Notes: generated by a model from the sequence alone, not told the origin. 48,273 bases of DNA from Betaproteobacteria bacterium (GCA_016202615.1 JACQOI010000055.1:1-48273); one strand, 5' to 3'; shown: positions 8,772 to 18,639, numbered from the stretch's first letter. Program-made: numbers and translations.

Positions 8772-9761
8772 ATGACTTGCGGCGCCCGCCTGAGCCACGT
8801 GACGAACATACTCGCCCTGCTTGCGTTTGGCGCCGCTGCCGGCGTCGCGCAGGCCGCCGAACAAGCGTATCCGACCCGCCCCATCCGACTGGTCGTACCG
8901 TTCGCGCCGGGCGGTGGGGTCGACGCACTAGCGCGAAGCATCTCCCCGAAGCTGAGCACCGCCATGGGCCAAACCTGGGTCGTGGACAACCGCGGCGGTG
9001 CCAGCGGCAACCTCGGCGCCGAAATCGTCGCCCGTGCAAATCCGAACGGTTACACAGTGTTGATAGCGGTAGACAGCCAATTCACGGTGAATCCGAGTCT
9101 CTACAAGTTATCGTTCAGCGTCGAAACGGATCTGCAACCCGTCACCATGCTCGCCACGGCCGAGTACATCCTAGTTGTGCATCCGAGCCTACAGGCTACG
9201 ACGTTGAAGGAGTTCGTCGCTCTGGCCAAGCAGAAGCCGGGCGCGCTCAACTACGCATCGGGCGGCGTGGGCACCCCGATTCACCTGGCCGCCGAGTTGC
9301 TGAAAAAGCGCGCCGGGATCGATATAGTGCCCGTCACTTACAAAGGCGGCGGGCCAGCGGCTGCGGCCGTGCTCGCGGGCGAGACCCAGGTGCTGGTCGG
9401 CACCGTCGCCTCGACGATCGCATTCGTCACGGCCGGGCGGCTGCGCGCGCTGGCGACTACCGGAGCCAAGCGCTCCAAGGTGGCGCCGGACCTGCCAACG
9501 GTCGCCGAGTCCGGCTACCCCGGCTTCGAGGCGAGCCTGTGGCTTGCCCTGTTCGTGCCCGGCGCGACGCCGAAAACCATCGCGGAGCGCATCCGCAACG
9601 AGGCGCTCAAGGCGCTACAGCACGCCGACGTGCAGACCGCCATGGCGCGGCAGGGCCAGGAGCCCCAGACCAGCACGCCGGCGGAGCTTGCCGCGCGCAT
9701 CAAGGCGGAGACCGCCATCTGGGCTGGCGTCATCAAGGACGCGGGGATCCGCGTCGAATAG
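8772..9761 (+). CDS. Bug family (TctC-like) substrate-binding protein
   Basis: 329-aa ORF with a signal peptide, YPTRPIRLVVPFAPGGGVDALAR, VDNRGGA, YKGGGPA and IWAGVIKDAGIRVE. Confidence 0.9.
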   Translation: MTCGARLSHVTNILALLAFGAAAGVAQAAEQAYPTRPIRLVVPFAPGGGVDALARSISPKLSTAMGQTWVVDNRGGASGNLGAEIVARANPNGYTVLIAVDSQFTVNPSLYKLSFSVETDLQPVTMLATAEYILVVHPSLQATTLKEFVALAKQKPGALNYASGGVGTPIHLAAELLKKRAGIDIVPVTYKGGGPAAAAVLAGETQVLVGTVASTIAFVTAGRLRALATTGAKRSKVAPDLPTVAESGYPGFEASLWLALFVPGATPKTIAERIRNEALKALQHADVQTAMARQGQEPQTSTPAELAARIKAETAIWAGVIKDAGIRVE

Positions 9762-9931
9762 GCATCGCAAGCAGTCCACCGGGCTGGCCATATTGATTCC
9801 GAAACAACAAGACCATATGCTTGTGCCAAGCGTCGGAGAGTTGCTATTTCAAGTTGCCATTGAGCGCTTCGAGGGCATCAAATGCGGCGTGGAGCGGGCG
9901 AAGCATAAGCTCTGTGATTGCCATCGACGTT

Positions 9932-11335
9932 CTACGAGACCTTTGTCTCGATCGCACGGCTCCAAAGCGATGTGGCCGTCCGTACGTTCTCCAGATTCTC
10001 AAAATTAAAGGCCGCCTCGATCGTCCCGTCAATTTGCTTCGGAGCGAAGATGTCCGCGGCGTAGTGTCGGAACTTCTCCTTCAGCTCTTGGTCAGTTACT
10101 CGACCGTATTCCGACCACTTCTCCAAATCGTGCCCGTCAGCGGTCAACTTGACGCGCGTCTTGAGTGACCACGGAGATAGCGAGGCATCGTTCTCCATGC
10201 TGTGCTTCAGTTCTGCAATCGCGGCTTCGTCCCGCCTGAGCTGAACGTTTTCGGCGATTTTCGTCACGAGAGGGTCATTCAGGGCCGTTGACCACGACCT
10301 CTGGGGGATTCCGGCAACGACTGCGCCTACCTGATACGGCAGACTAAATTGGGCCATGATGTAATTCGTGACCTGAGCCGTTCCGAAAGCTTGCTCTGTG
10401 CCGATAGGCCGCCATATCTCAATTGCCCTAATGGACTGCGGGGCGATCTGGTGATCGGTGACGAGCCGAGCGATGGTGTGCAAGGCTTGTTGGTTGTGCG
10501 TTCCCGCAGGGTACCGTTTGAACTGAGACTCAAGTATCCACCACCGTCTGCCTAGTCCCTCCGTCAGCGCATCCCGGTCGTGAAGCCTCGTTCCCACGGA
10601 GCGGTAGTACCCGTCATTATCGTCCAGAATATTGGGATCTCCGGTAAAGCCTTCGCGAGCCAGCATCGCCGCGCTGAGAGCTGTGGCAGCCATGTTTCCC
10701 ATTAGCGGGCCGTACTTCGACAGGACTACAGTTCCCTTAGCAAAGAACGTCCGATTCGCCGGGGGCGCATGCACTCCTGTCATTGCCAAACAGTTTACAA
10801 TAGCTTCAGGGTCGAGCCCGAGCATTTTCGCTGACGAAGCCGCCGCTCCAAAGATGGTCCAGTGCAAGATCAGCTCATGCGTAAGATCCCGGTTGATTTC
10901 GGGTGGTAGCGCCAGTTTGACTCGTGCAGCTACCTCGAAACCGCATGCGATCGCCTCGAGCACCTGTCTTCCGGAAGCGCCCCGTTCTTCGCCGAGCGCG
11001 AGCGCTGTAAAAATGACGATGCCGGCCAACCCCTGCGACCACAATAAGTTGCTCGTAAGATCCAGCGAGATCGACATTTGCGAATTCGCAAACGCAGCGC
11101 AATACGGCGGCACTTTGTCGCTCATGCCGATAATCGTCGCGTCTCCGCCACCCCGGCCCGCCAACGCAACTCCCGTACGGGCCGCTATGACGCCGCCAGG
11201 GATTCTGTGGGCTGCGACGACCGTGGTCACGGCGTCAAGGATCTGTCGTTTGCACGCGTGCCTAACCTCTTCCGGCAGCTCGCTCCAAGACAGATCGTGA
11301 ACGAATGAGGCTAGACGATGAATAGCGTCAGTCAT
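9932..11335 (-). CDS. MmgE/PrpD family protein
   Basis: 467-aa ORF. The N-terminal LASFVHDLSWSELPEEVRHACKRQILD and the length are typical of the family. It is a paralogue of 6940-8325 and 24441-25838. Confidence 0.8.
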   Translation of the reverse strand: MTDAIHRLASFVHDLSWSELPEEVRHACKRQILDAVTTVVAAHRIPGGVIAARTGVALAGRGGGDATIIGMSDKVPPYCAAFANSQMSISLDLTSNLLWSQGLAGIVIFTALALGEERGASGRQVLEAIACGFEVAARVKLALPPEINRDLTHELILHWTIFGAAASSAKMLGLDPEAIVNCLAMTGVHAPPANRTFFAKGTVVLSKYGPLMGNMAATALSAAMLAREGFTGDPNILDDNDGYYRSVGTRLHDRDALTEGLGRRWWILESQFKRYPAGTHNQQALHTIARLVTDHQIAPQSIRAIEIWRPIGTEQAFGTAQVTNYIMAQFSLPYQVGAVVAGIPQRSWSTALNDPLVTKIAENVQLRRDEAAIAELKHSMENDASLSPWSLKTRVKLTADGHDLEKWSEYGRVTDQELKEKFRHYAADIFAPKQIDGTIEAAFNFENLENVRTATSLWSRAIETKVS

Positions 11336-11558
11336 GGCCTGCTTTTCGGCAAGGGATAGGAAAACCTATCGAGTTTACCCACCCGGCGCGATCCTGTGCA
11401 TGACCGGAACTCCTTCGTAAAGGCGCCGAGACCCGCATCAGGCGCGGATTTAGGCGTCGCGATCGCGTTCATGTGGCGCATCGGGCCTGTACCAGTCGAC
11501 ATGATGACAAATTTTACACCCGATGAACCCGTTCAGGCAAAGCGCAGGCGCGCGGGAG

Positions 11559-11639
11559 CTTCGTCATGCCGGTCTCGAACGGCGACAACCAATTCAAGGG
11601 TTACAACGTCAAGCCGGTACACGGCGGCCACGCCGCCAT
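11559..11639 (+). pseudogene. 81-bp relic of an MmgE/PrpD gene
   Basis: CTTCGTCATGCCGGTCTCGAACGGCGACAACCAATTCAAGGGTTACAACGTCAAGCCGGTACACGGCGGCCACGCCGCCAT matches 7500-7580, inside the PrpD-like CDS, with about 5 substitutions. It has no surrounding ORF and abuts the lactonase stop codon. Confidence 0.85.
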
Positions 11640-11644
11640 TTACG

Positions 11645-12880
11645 TCACAGCTTGACCAGGCCCGCCCAGAACATCGAAGCGTTGCCGACGTCGACATCGG
11701 ACTTGCGGACGTAGGTCAGTTTGCCGTCTGCGCCAATACGAAACACGTCCAAGCTCGCCGGCACGGTGCGCACTGTGCTTCCGTCTTTCACCAGGACTGG
11801 CGACTTATTCGCGGCTATCAGAAGACGCCCGCTCGGGTCGATGGCGAAAGTACGCGGATGCATCCCGCGCGTCTCGACGCGCTGGACCAGCATCGGTTCC
11901 CCTGTGCGCTGGTCGATGGCATACACCACGACGGTATTTTCTCCGCCGCTGAAGACTTTCTTGCCATCGACCTCCGTGGTCGCATCAGCGCGCTCGGCTC
12001 CATATACGAAGCGGCCGCTTGGATGCACGTGGACAGTACCGGCCATCTGGTGCGGACGCACGTTGCCGGGTTCAGCCAGCGTGTCCTTGCTGAACAGCGG
12101 TTCGCTGCTCAACGTATCACCGTTCAGTGCGAAGACGCAAATCTTGTGCTGGCGCTCCAACGAAACGTAGACCCAGGGCTGCGTGGGATGGAAATCCAGA
12201 TGTCGCGGCCCGAAACCGTATCCTCCTCCAGGTGCAATCGAAACTTCGCCGCTGAGCAGTCCATCGTGGTATTTGAAGACCTTCAGCGCGCCCGGCTCTT
12301 CAGGCTTTACGCGGGCGGCGTCGTGACCGCGCGTGGCCAGGATCACCAAGGTGTTGGAAGGTGTAACGCGTATCTGATGCGCGAAAATTCCGAAATCAAG
12401 CGAGCCCGGCTGTTTCACCTCGTCGCCCACAGTGCCGTCGTGGTTGACCCGATGCACAGTGAGATAGCTGGGATTGCTGTAGGCAATCAACGCGTGTTCG
12501 GAGGGTACGTCGGTGGTCATGTGGATCGGGCGATGCCGCAGCGGAACTGGCTCACCGTGCGGCTGCAGCGCGCCCGACGCCGCATCGATGCGAAACGCGC
12601 TTATATGATGCATGTCGCCGGCCGGCCCACTGGCCACCGCCGGACCTCCATCCGGACCCCGGTTGCTAGAAGCCACGTAAAAATACTGCTTTGACGCATG
12701 TTGCCACGCGTACTGTACGCACGCCGGAAGCACCACCGATCCGCGCCTTACGAATGTAGCGCCACCGACATCCACATCGTACTGTACAAGCTCGGGCCCG
12801 ACACTGGCGTAAAGCACCACCCGTGCCCCACTCGTGTGGGCAGAGTTACTCTTAGGCGTGGCAGCGGCATTCTTGGCCAT
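11645..12880 (-). CDS. Lactonase family protein (7-bladed beta-propeller, 6-phosphogluconolactonase-like)
   Basis: 411-aa ORF with repeated propeller-blade-like segments (PRHLDFHPTQPWVYVSLE, VHVHPSGRFVYGAE, PRTFAIDPSGRLLIAAN). Family assignment is from recollection of PF10282-type sequences. Confidence 0.6.
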   Translation of the reverse strand: MAKNAAATPKSNSAHTSGARVVLYASVGPELVQYDVDVGGATFVRRGSVVLPACVQYAWQHASKQYFYVASSNRGPDGGPAVASGPAGDMHHISAFRIDAASGALQPHGEPVPLRHRPIHMTTDVPSEHALIAYSNPSYLTVHRVNHDGTVGDEVKQPGSLDFGIFAHQIRVTPSNTLVILATRGHDAARVKPEEPGALKVFKYHDGLLSGEVSIAPGGGYGFGPRHLDFHPTQPWVYVSLERQHKICVFALNGDTLSSEPLFSKDTLAEPGNVRPHQMAGTVHVHPSGRFVYGAERADATTEVDGKKVFSGGENTVVVYAIDQRTGEPMLVQRVETRGMHPRTFAIDPSGRLLIAANKSPVLVKDGSTVRTVPASLDVFRIGADGKLTYVRKSDVDVGNASMFWAGLVKL

Positions 12881-12996
12881 GACTTCCTCCTGGGTACTGA
12901 TTTTTCCGGGACCGGATGACGATGCAATCCTGCCCTCTCATGAGAAGCATTTGGGGTGAGGGCCGGCGGCAAAATTCAGCTACGTAAAAACCTAAC

Positions 12997-13120
12997 TACT
13001 TTGAGCTCGTCGCCACGTCATCCACGTGAATATTAGCCGGGCGCTCACGCTGCCACCGCGCGGCGATTGAAGCGAATCCGCGCGGCACGTAGTATATGAC
13101 AAACGCTAAAAAGCCAAAAG
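12997..13120 (+). repeat. ~122-bp direct repeat, copy 2 (partner at 439-560)
   Basis: See 439-560. This copy is followed immediately by the terminal AGAAATAG...AATGCGCCCGTTGCC motif of the R repeat family. Confidence 0.85.
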
Positions 13121-13146
13121 AAATAGAGAAAATTAATGCGCCCGTT

Positions 13147-13335
13147 GCCGCATTCGAGAACGCGGTCGATGACCTCGTGTTCCACCGGGCGGCGCAAGCG
13201 CCCTGGACTGCGCAGCTCACCGGCGTGCCGGATCACGCACCGGTAAAGCGGGCTCGCGCGCGGGTTGTTCGGGTGATATGCGCCCCTTGGTGTGCCACCG
13301 CCCCGACATCCGCCGTCTCGTTTGCCGCCCGCCAT
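13147..13335 (-). pseudogene. N-terminal fragment of an IS91-family (Y2 HUH) transposase, zinc-binding-domain region
   Basis: Minus-strand frame reads MAGGKRDGGCRGGGTPRGAYHPNNPRASPLYRCVIRHAGELRSPGRLRRPVEHEVIDRVLECG. This fits my recollection of the IS91-family N-terminus (Y-P-x-x-P-x-x-S/T-x-LY-x-x-V..H......P-x-x-V-x-x-E-x-x-x-x-L-x-CG). Homology stops at CG, where the R-repeat terminus begins. Confidence 0.45.
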
Positions 13336-13373
13336 AGCGGACGAGCTCAGCAGGAGCTTTGCGTGCGCTGTAA

Positions 13374-15131
13374 TTACTGCGCTCTGGTGTTTTTCGCAGC
13401 CGCGAGCTTTTCGTCCCAATCGGCGGGTAACTCGATCTTGCTCGCAACGGCATAACCTATGGGGCCATTCGCGGCAAACACGTAAGCGGTGTTCCGCAGC
13501 GGATCACCGGTTACGGCGACAAGGAAATCGTCCGCCTCCCAGGCGATCGGAACCAGCCGATCGGGATCATCCGACTCGTAATAGAACTTCGGTATATGTC
13601 CGAGCCGGACTTCTTCAGCAAGGTTCCAGACCTTGCGATTCGTCCAGTCCCGCAGAATTCTTTCGAACTGCCAGGCAGGGATGCGAGCCTTCTGGAACAG
13701 AAACTCCTTGACGTCCTGCTTGGACCATCCAGCCGCGGCTATCATCTCGGCGAGCAAGGGGCTCAGGAGAATGAGGGGACGCAGCGCCCCACCCCCGTGC
13801 GACCCGACTGCGAACATGAGCTGCCATGTGTGCTCACGCGTGACGCCATCCGCAACATACGTAAGCAGTTCTTCAGGCGTTGTCCCCGATACCGATGACA
13901 ATGGATTCCCACCACTATAGCGCTGGATCAGGACGGTATTGTCCGAGGACTCGAAGCCCATCCCTACATTGTTGGGCGGCCAACCTATTTTCTTGAGAAC
14001 GTCCTCGTTCTCCGCAAGGACAACACGCCAGGTTCCGCCGTACGTGGCCTTGTCGTTACCGCCGATCAGGAAGCCCGCGACATTGCGCAGATAGAGGCGC
14101 CAGAATCGGCCAATTGATGTGTTCGGAAGTACGCCGTCGCGCAGCACGCCCTGCCCGTAATTGAAGCCCAGTTGCTTGATGATGGGTCCATTGAGAATGA
14201 TGAGCGTGTCGGAGCCCGGCGTACTGCCACTGTGCTCAACCCCGTATTCCGGGTCGAGCATGGCCTGCACCAATGCGACCAGGATGGGCATGTACTCGGG
14301 GCGACATCCGGCCATGACGCCGTTTACGGCGATGCTGCGCACTGTAGCCGCGCGGTTGTCAGGCAATACGATGCCGAGCACTTCAGCGGGCTTTCTGTCG
14401 GTGAACCCGAGAAAAGCCTCTATCTTCGCCTTTGTCGGCGGGACAATCGGCAGGCTGTCACTCCACTGGCGCGTGCGAAAGAACTCGTTGACTTCGTCAT
14501 GGCTGCCGGAAAACACGATTTCGCAGTCGCTGGGTTCGTCATCCTTGCCGAAATGGTCCGCTGCCGTTGCAGTAAGGTTCTGGATCACGCGATCGATCGT
14601 TATGCCCAGAATGTTCTTCTGCAGCACAGCGGTCGCCTGGACGGCGGGATGTCCCGGCAGCAAGGCCAGGGGAAGATCTGGCATGCCCAACCCCATGGAA
14701 CAGGCCGCGGCCTGCCCCATGAAACCTTCTGCCACGATCGAGGAAGACGGGATACCGCCGGCTTCCGCGGCTGCGCTGGCCCGCAACACGGCGGGCGTGC
14801 AGCTCCCTCAGGCGCCTACCGCAGCAATGGCTGCATCGACACCAAGTTCCTTGAATCGAGCCGGCAGCGCGGCAACCACTTCCCGTTCGTCATGTCCATG
14901 AGTGCTGCCGAACTCTTTCCAGCTGACGAACTTCATGTCCTTGAAGCGTGATTTCAATTCCTTTTCCATCCAGGCAAAGATTTCTTCACCCCGATAGAGA
15001 TAGTTCCAGACGAAAGCTATCGTCTTGCCGTCGAACGATTTCAGCCTGGGCGCGAGCGGTTTTGTCCTGACCTGCCGCGGACTTCTCGGCCAGTAGACTT
15101 CATAGTGCCCATCGTTCTCGCGTCCGCTCAT
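13374..15131 (-). CDS. Predicted selenoprotein: UGSC (UxxC) module fused to an uncharacterised AGCRPEYMP domain (585 aa with Sec at TGA 14808-14810)
   Basis: The ORF track splits it into 14808-15131 (…AAIAAVGA + TGA) and 13374-14789 (GTG-initiated). Both are in one frame. The codons between them read U-G-S-C-T-P-A with no other stop, and no RBS precedes the GTG. The same interruption occurs in two paralogues, and a SECIS-like hairpin follows the TGA. Confidence 0.8.
14771..14802 (-). promoter_or_regulatory. SECIS-like recoding hairpin, 5 nt 3' of UGA 14808-14810
   Basis: mRNA is CUGCAC-GCCCGC-[CGUGUU]-GCGGGC-CA-GCGCAG. It has a 6-bp perfect upper stem, a 2-nt bulge, a lower stem with 5 of 6 pairs, and a G/U-containing apical loop. 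Confidence 0.6.
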
Positions 15132-15175
15132 AGAGCTTCTCTAATAACCAGGTGTCGCAACTGATCGCCCGATAC

Positions 15176-16144
15176 TCAATCGGGCTTGATGGCCGCCTCT
15201 TTGATGACTTTTGCCCAGAAGACACGTTGTGCCTTGATGTAGGCGAGAAATTCCGCTGGTGTCACAGACGAGGTGTCGAGCCCTTCTTTCTTGAGTCCGT
15301 CCCTGATACGCGGGGTGGCGAGGACTTTGGTGAGCGTGTCGTAAATCCGGTCTACGGTATTCCTGGGCGTTCCCGCAGGTGCAAGCACGCCCATCCAGGC
15401 GCGAACATCAAATCCGGGATATCCCGCTTCCCGCATGGTCGGGATGTCAGGGGCCTGCGATGAACGATTCGGCCCCGTGACGGCGAGTGCAACAAGCTTG
15501 CCGCTCGCAGCCTGGGGAAGCGATGAAGCGAAACTGCCGAACAGAAGCTGCACCTCGCCGGAGAGGATCGCCAGCGTTGCGGGACCGCCACCCTTGTAGG
15601 GCACGTGAACCAGGTCGATCCCGGCCATTGTCCTGAACACCTCAGCGGCGAGGTGGTTCGGGCTTCCAACGCCCGCGGAGCTATATAAAAAGGGGCTTGA
15701 TTTCGCTCGGGACACCAAGTCTTCAACGGAAGTGGCCCGCACTGACGGATGAACGACCAGCAGGTACTGCGCGGAGCCGATCAGCGTGATTGGCGCGAAA
15801 TCCTTCTCCGGATCAAACGTTATGTCGGTATAGAGGCTCGGGTTAACAACCAGCGCTGAGCTATGCCCGAGGAGCAGCGTGCATCCGTCGCTGGTCGCAC
15901 GAGCAACGATCGCTGTGCCGATGTTTCCCGCAGCGCCTGATCGATTGTCGATGACAATTTGTTGCCCTGTGGCCTCTCCCCAGCGGGGCGCCAGCAGCCG
16001 TGCCAGGGAATCTGCGCCGCCACCCGGCGGGAACGGGACCACCAGTCGAACCGCTTTGCTGCCACACTGCTGCGCGAGCGCCGTACCGGACATAAAGCAC
16101 GTCAGGGAAAAAACAATCACACTGAGAAGAGAATGACTATTCAT
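15176..16144 (-). CDS. Bug family (TctC-like) substrate-binding protein
   Basis: 322-aa ORF with a signal peptide, AVRLVVPFPPGGGADSLAR, IDNRSGAAGN, YKGGGPA and FWAKVIKEAAIKPD. It ends 44 bp upstream of the selenoprotein gene start. Confidence 0.9.
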   Translation of the reverse strand: MNSHSLLSVIVFSLTCFMSGTALAQQCGSKAVRLVVPFPPGGGADSLARLLAPRWGEATGQQIVIDNRSGAAGNIGTAIVARATSDGCTLLLGHSSALVVNPSLYTDITFDPEKDFAPITLIGSAQYLLVVHPSVRATSVEDLVSRAKSSPFLYSSAGVGSPNHLAAEVFRTMAGIDLVHVPYKGGGPATLAILSGEVQLLFGSFASSLPQAASGKLVALAVTGPNRSSQAPDIPTMREAGYPGFDVRAWMGVLAPAGTPRNTVDRIYDTLTKVLATPRIRDGLKKEGLDTSSVTPAEFLAYIKAQRVFWAKVIKEAAIKPD

Positions 16145-16179
16145 TCGCGGACCGTATCACTGAGGTCGAAGCGCGGTGC

Positions 16180-16755
16180 TCAGTCGATCTTAGCACCCGA
16201 ATCGCGCACGACCTTCGCCCATTTGCCGAGATCGGTTTTGAGAAACGCGGCAAACTGCCCGGGAGTGTTGTGTACGGGCTCTGCACCGAGCACCGCCCAG
16301 CGTTCTTTGATTTCGGGAAGCTGCACGATCTTGCTGATTTCCGAATGGAGCCGGTTGATGACCGCCGTTGGCGTGCCGGCCGTCGCCAGTACTCCGTACC
16401 AGACGAAAATCTCGTAGCCGGGCAATCCCGACTCGCCGATCGGCGGCAGCTCGGGCGCTGCCGAAGTGCGCCCCGCACCTGTCGTGCCGAGTGCACGCAG
16501 CTTGCCTGCCTTGACCTGCGGCAGCGCGATCGGCGCGCCGGGAAACATGATCGAAATCTGTCCGCCGAGCAAATCGCTGAATGCATTCGTCACGCCTTTG
16601 TACGGCACGTGCACGAGCTTGACGCGGGCGAGACTGTTGAACATCTCGCCTGCGAGATGCAGCGCGCTGCCATTGCCGGCGGACCCGTAATTAAGCTGCC
16701 CGGGTTTCGATTTTGCGAGCGCAATCAGCTCCTTCACCGATTTGACCGGCAGTAA
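16180..16755 (-). pseudogene. 5'-truncated Bug family gene (C-terminal ~190 codons only)
   Basis: Homology starts at ...LPVKSVKELIALAKSKPGQLNYGSAGNGS, normally around residue 120 of Bug proteins. The signal peptide and the PPGGG segment are missing. The breakpoint carries a 14-bp tandem duplication, CAGTAATCTGGGTC x2, at 16750-16777. Confidence 0.8.
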
Positions 16756-16899
16756 TCTGGGTCCAGTAATCTGGGTCGAAGTAACTTTCCTTGGCACGTG
16801 CGTTGATGCGGATAACCAAATTGCGAGTCGATATCCACATCCATCCTGGCATCGCGCGGCGTGCCAACCGGCGGTGAGGCCGACGACGCGGCACCGTGC

Positions 16900-18639
16900 T
16901 TACCTTCCCAGTTCGACGAGTCTGCGATCCCAGTCTTTCGGGAGCCGGATCTGCTTGCCAACTGGATAGCCGAGCAAGCCGTTATGCGCAAAGACGTACG
17001 CATTGTTGCGCAAGGGATCACCCGTCACCGCAATCATGAAATCTTCTGCTTCCCAAACAATCGGCACCATGCGGTTCGGATCGTCCGACTCGTAGAACAC
17101 CTTCGGTATGTGCCCGAGCCGCACTTCCTCTGCAAGATTCCAAACAGACCTGATGTTCCAATCGTGCAGCATGCGCTCAAACTGCCATGCCGGAATCCGC
17201 GCATGATCGAAAAGATAGCGCTTCAGGTCCGCCTTCGACCAGCCTGTCTTGGCAATCGTCTCCGCGATGATCGGGCTCAACACAACAAGCGGCCGCAGCG
17301 TTCCCGCATGCGGGCCCACCGTAAATATGAGATGCCACGAGGTCTGTTTCAACACCGCATCCGCAACGTAAGGAAGCATCTGTTCTGGCGTGGTGCCGGA
17401 AACTGACGATAATTGGTTGCCCCCGGTGTAGCGTGCGATGGTTACCGTGTTCTCGCCCGCGGAGAAACCCATCTCAACGCTGTTGGATTCCCAGCCAATG
17501 TTATTAAGAACGTCCTCGTTCTCCGCAAGCACCACCCGCCAGGTGTTGCCGTAGGTGGCTTTGTCATTTTTGTGATGTAGGAATCCAGCGACGTTCCGGA
17601 GGTACAGCCGGAAGAACCGGCCCACCGATGTATTGGGCAGAAGGCCGTCGCGCAGAACGCCCTGCGTGTAATTGAAGCCGAGCTGCTTGATGATCGGCCC
17701 GTTCAGGATGATGAGCGTATCACCCCCAGGCGTGTTGCCGCTGTGCTCGACCCCGTATTCTGGGTCGACCATCGCCTCGACCAACGCAACGAGGATCGGC
17801 ATGTACTCGGGGCGGCAGCCCGCCATCACGCCATTCACCGCGATGTTCCAGATGGTTGCGGCGCGGCTGTCAGGCAGAATGATGCCGAGCACCTCGTCGG
17901 GGTTGCGGTCGGTGAAGAGCAGGAACGCCTCGATCTTCCCCCTCGTCGGAGGAACGATCGGCAGCCCGTCGCTCAGCTCGTTCTCGCAGAAATAACGGTT
18001 CACCGCATCGAAGCCGCCCGCAAAAATAATGTCGCGCGCCCCAGGTTCCGGCTTCTCACTCGCCACCGTAGGTGTGCCGGTCAGGTTTGCGATGACCCGT
18101 TCAACGGTGCCTTCGAGAACAGCGCGCATCAGTTCCTCTTTGCTCTGCACGCCGGGGTGGCCCGGCATGCGCGCAATCGGCAGGTTCGGCATGCCGAGCC
18201 CGACGGAAATTGCCGCCGCCTGGCCGATGAAACCTTCTGAAACAAGTGATGACGAAGGAACGCCGGCTGCCTCGCATACTGCACTCGCCCGCAACACGGC
18301 GGGCGTGCAGCTCCCTCAAGAACCCATACCGGAGATGGCGGCGTCCACCCCCAGGTCCTTAAAACGCTGCGGCAGGGATGCGAGGACCTCGCGTTCGTCT
18401 CTGGCGTGCGTGCTGCCGAATTCGCGCCAGCTCACGAAGCGTACATCGGGAAAGCGTGCCTTAAGCCCCTCCTCAAGCCATCCGAAAACTTCGTCGCCGC
18501 GGTACACGAAATCCCACAACTGGGCAACGGTCTTACCCTCTAGCGTTTCGAGCCGCTTCGCTAGACGCGTCAACTGCACTTGCCGCCGACCGCGCGGCCA
18601 CAGCACTTCGTAGTATCCATCGTTGTTCACAGTAGACAT
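16900..18639 (-). CDS. Predicted selenoprotein: UGSC (UxxC) module fused to an AGCRPEYMP domain, paralogue 2 (579 aa with Sec at TGA 18316-18318)
   Basis: ORFs 18316-18639 (…AAISGMGS + TGA) and 16900-18297 are in one frame, joined by U-G-S-C-T-P-A. By eye it is about three quarters identical to 13374-15131 along the whole length. Confidence 0.8.
18279..18310 (-). promoter_or_regulatory. SECIS-like recoding hairpin, 5 nt 3' of UGA 18316-18318
   Basis: mRNA is CUGCAC-GCCCGC-[CGUGUU]-GCGGGC-GA-GUGCAG, giving 12 Watson-Crick pairs with a 2-nt bulge. The 29 nt after the UGA are identical to paralogue 1. Confidence 0.65.

Noticed and set aside
14790-14810. Alternative reading of the TGA interruptions: ordinary stops followed by separate GTG/ATG-initiated genes, or pseudogenes.
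   Set aside because: The same column is hit in three diverged paralogues. The codons between the TGA and the supposed restart are in frame, stop-free and highly conserved (GSCTPA / GSCTTW). No RBS precedes the restart codons, and a hairpin follows each TGA. Recoding explains this better, although it still needs confirmation of the sel machinery.
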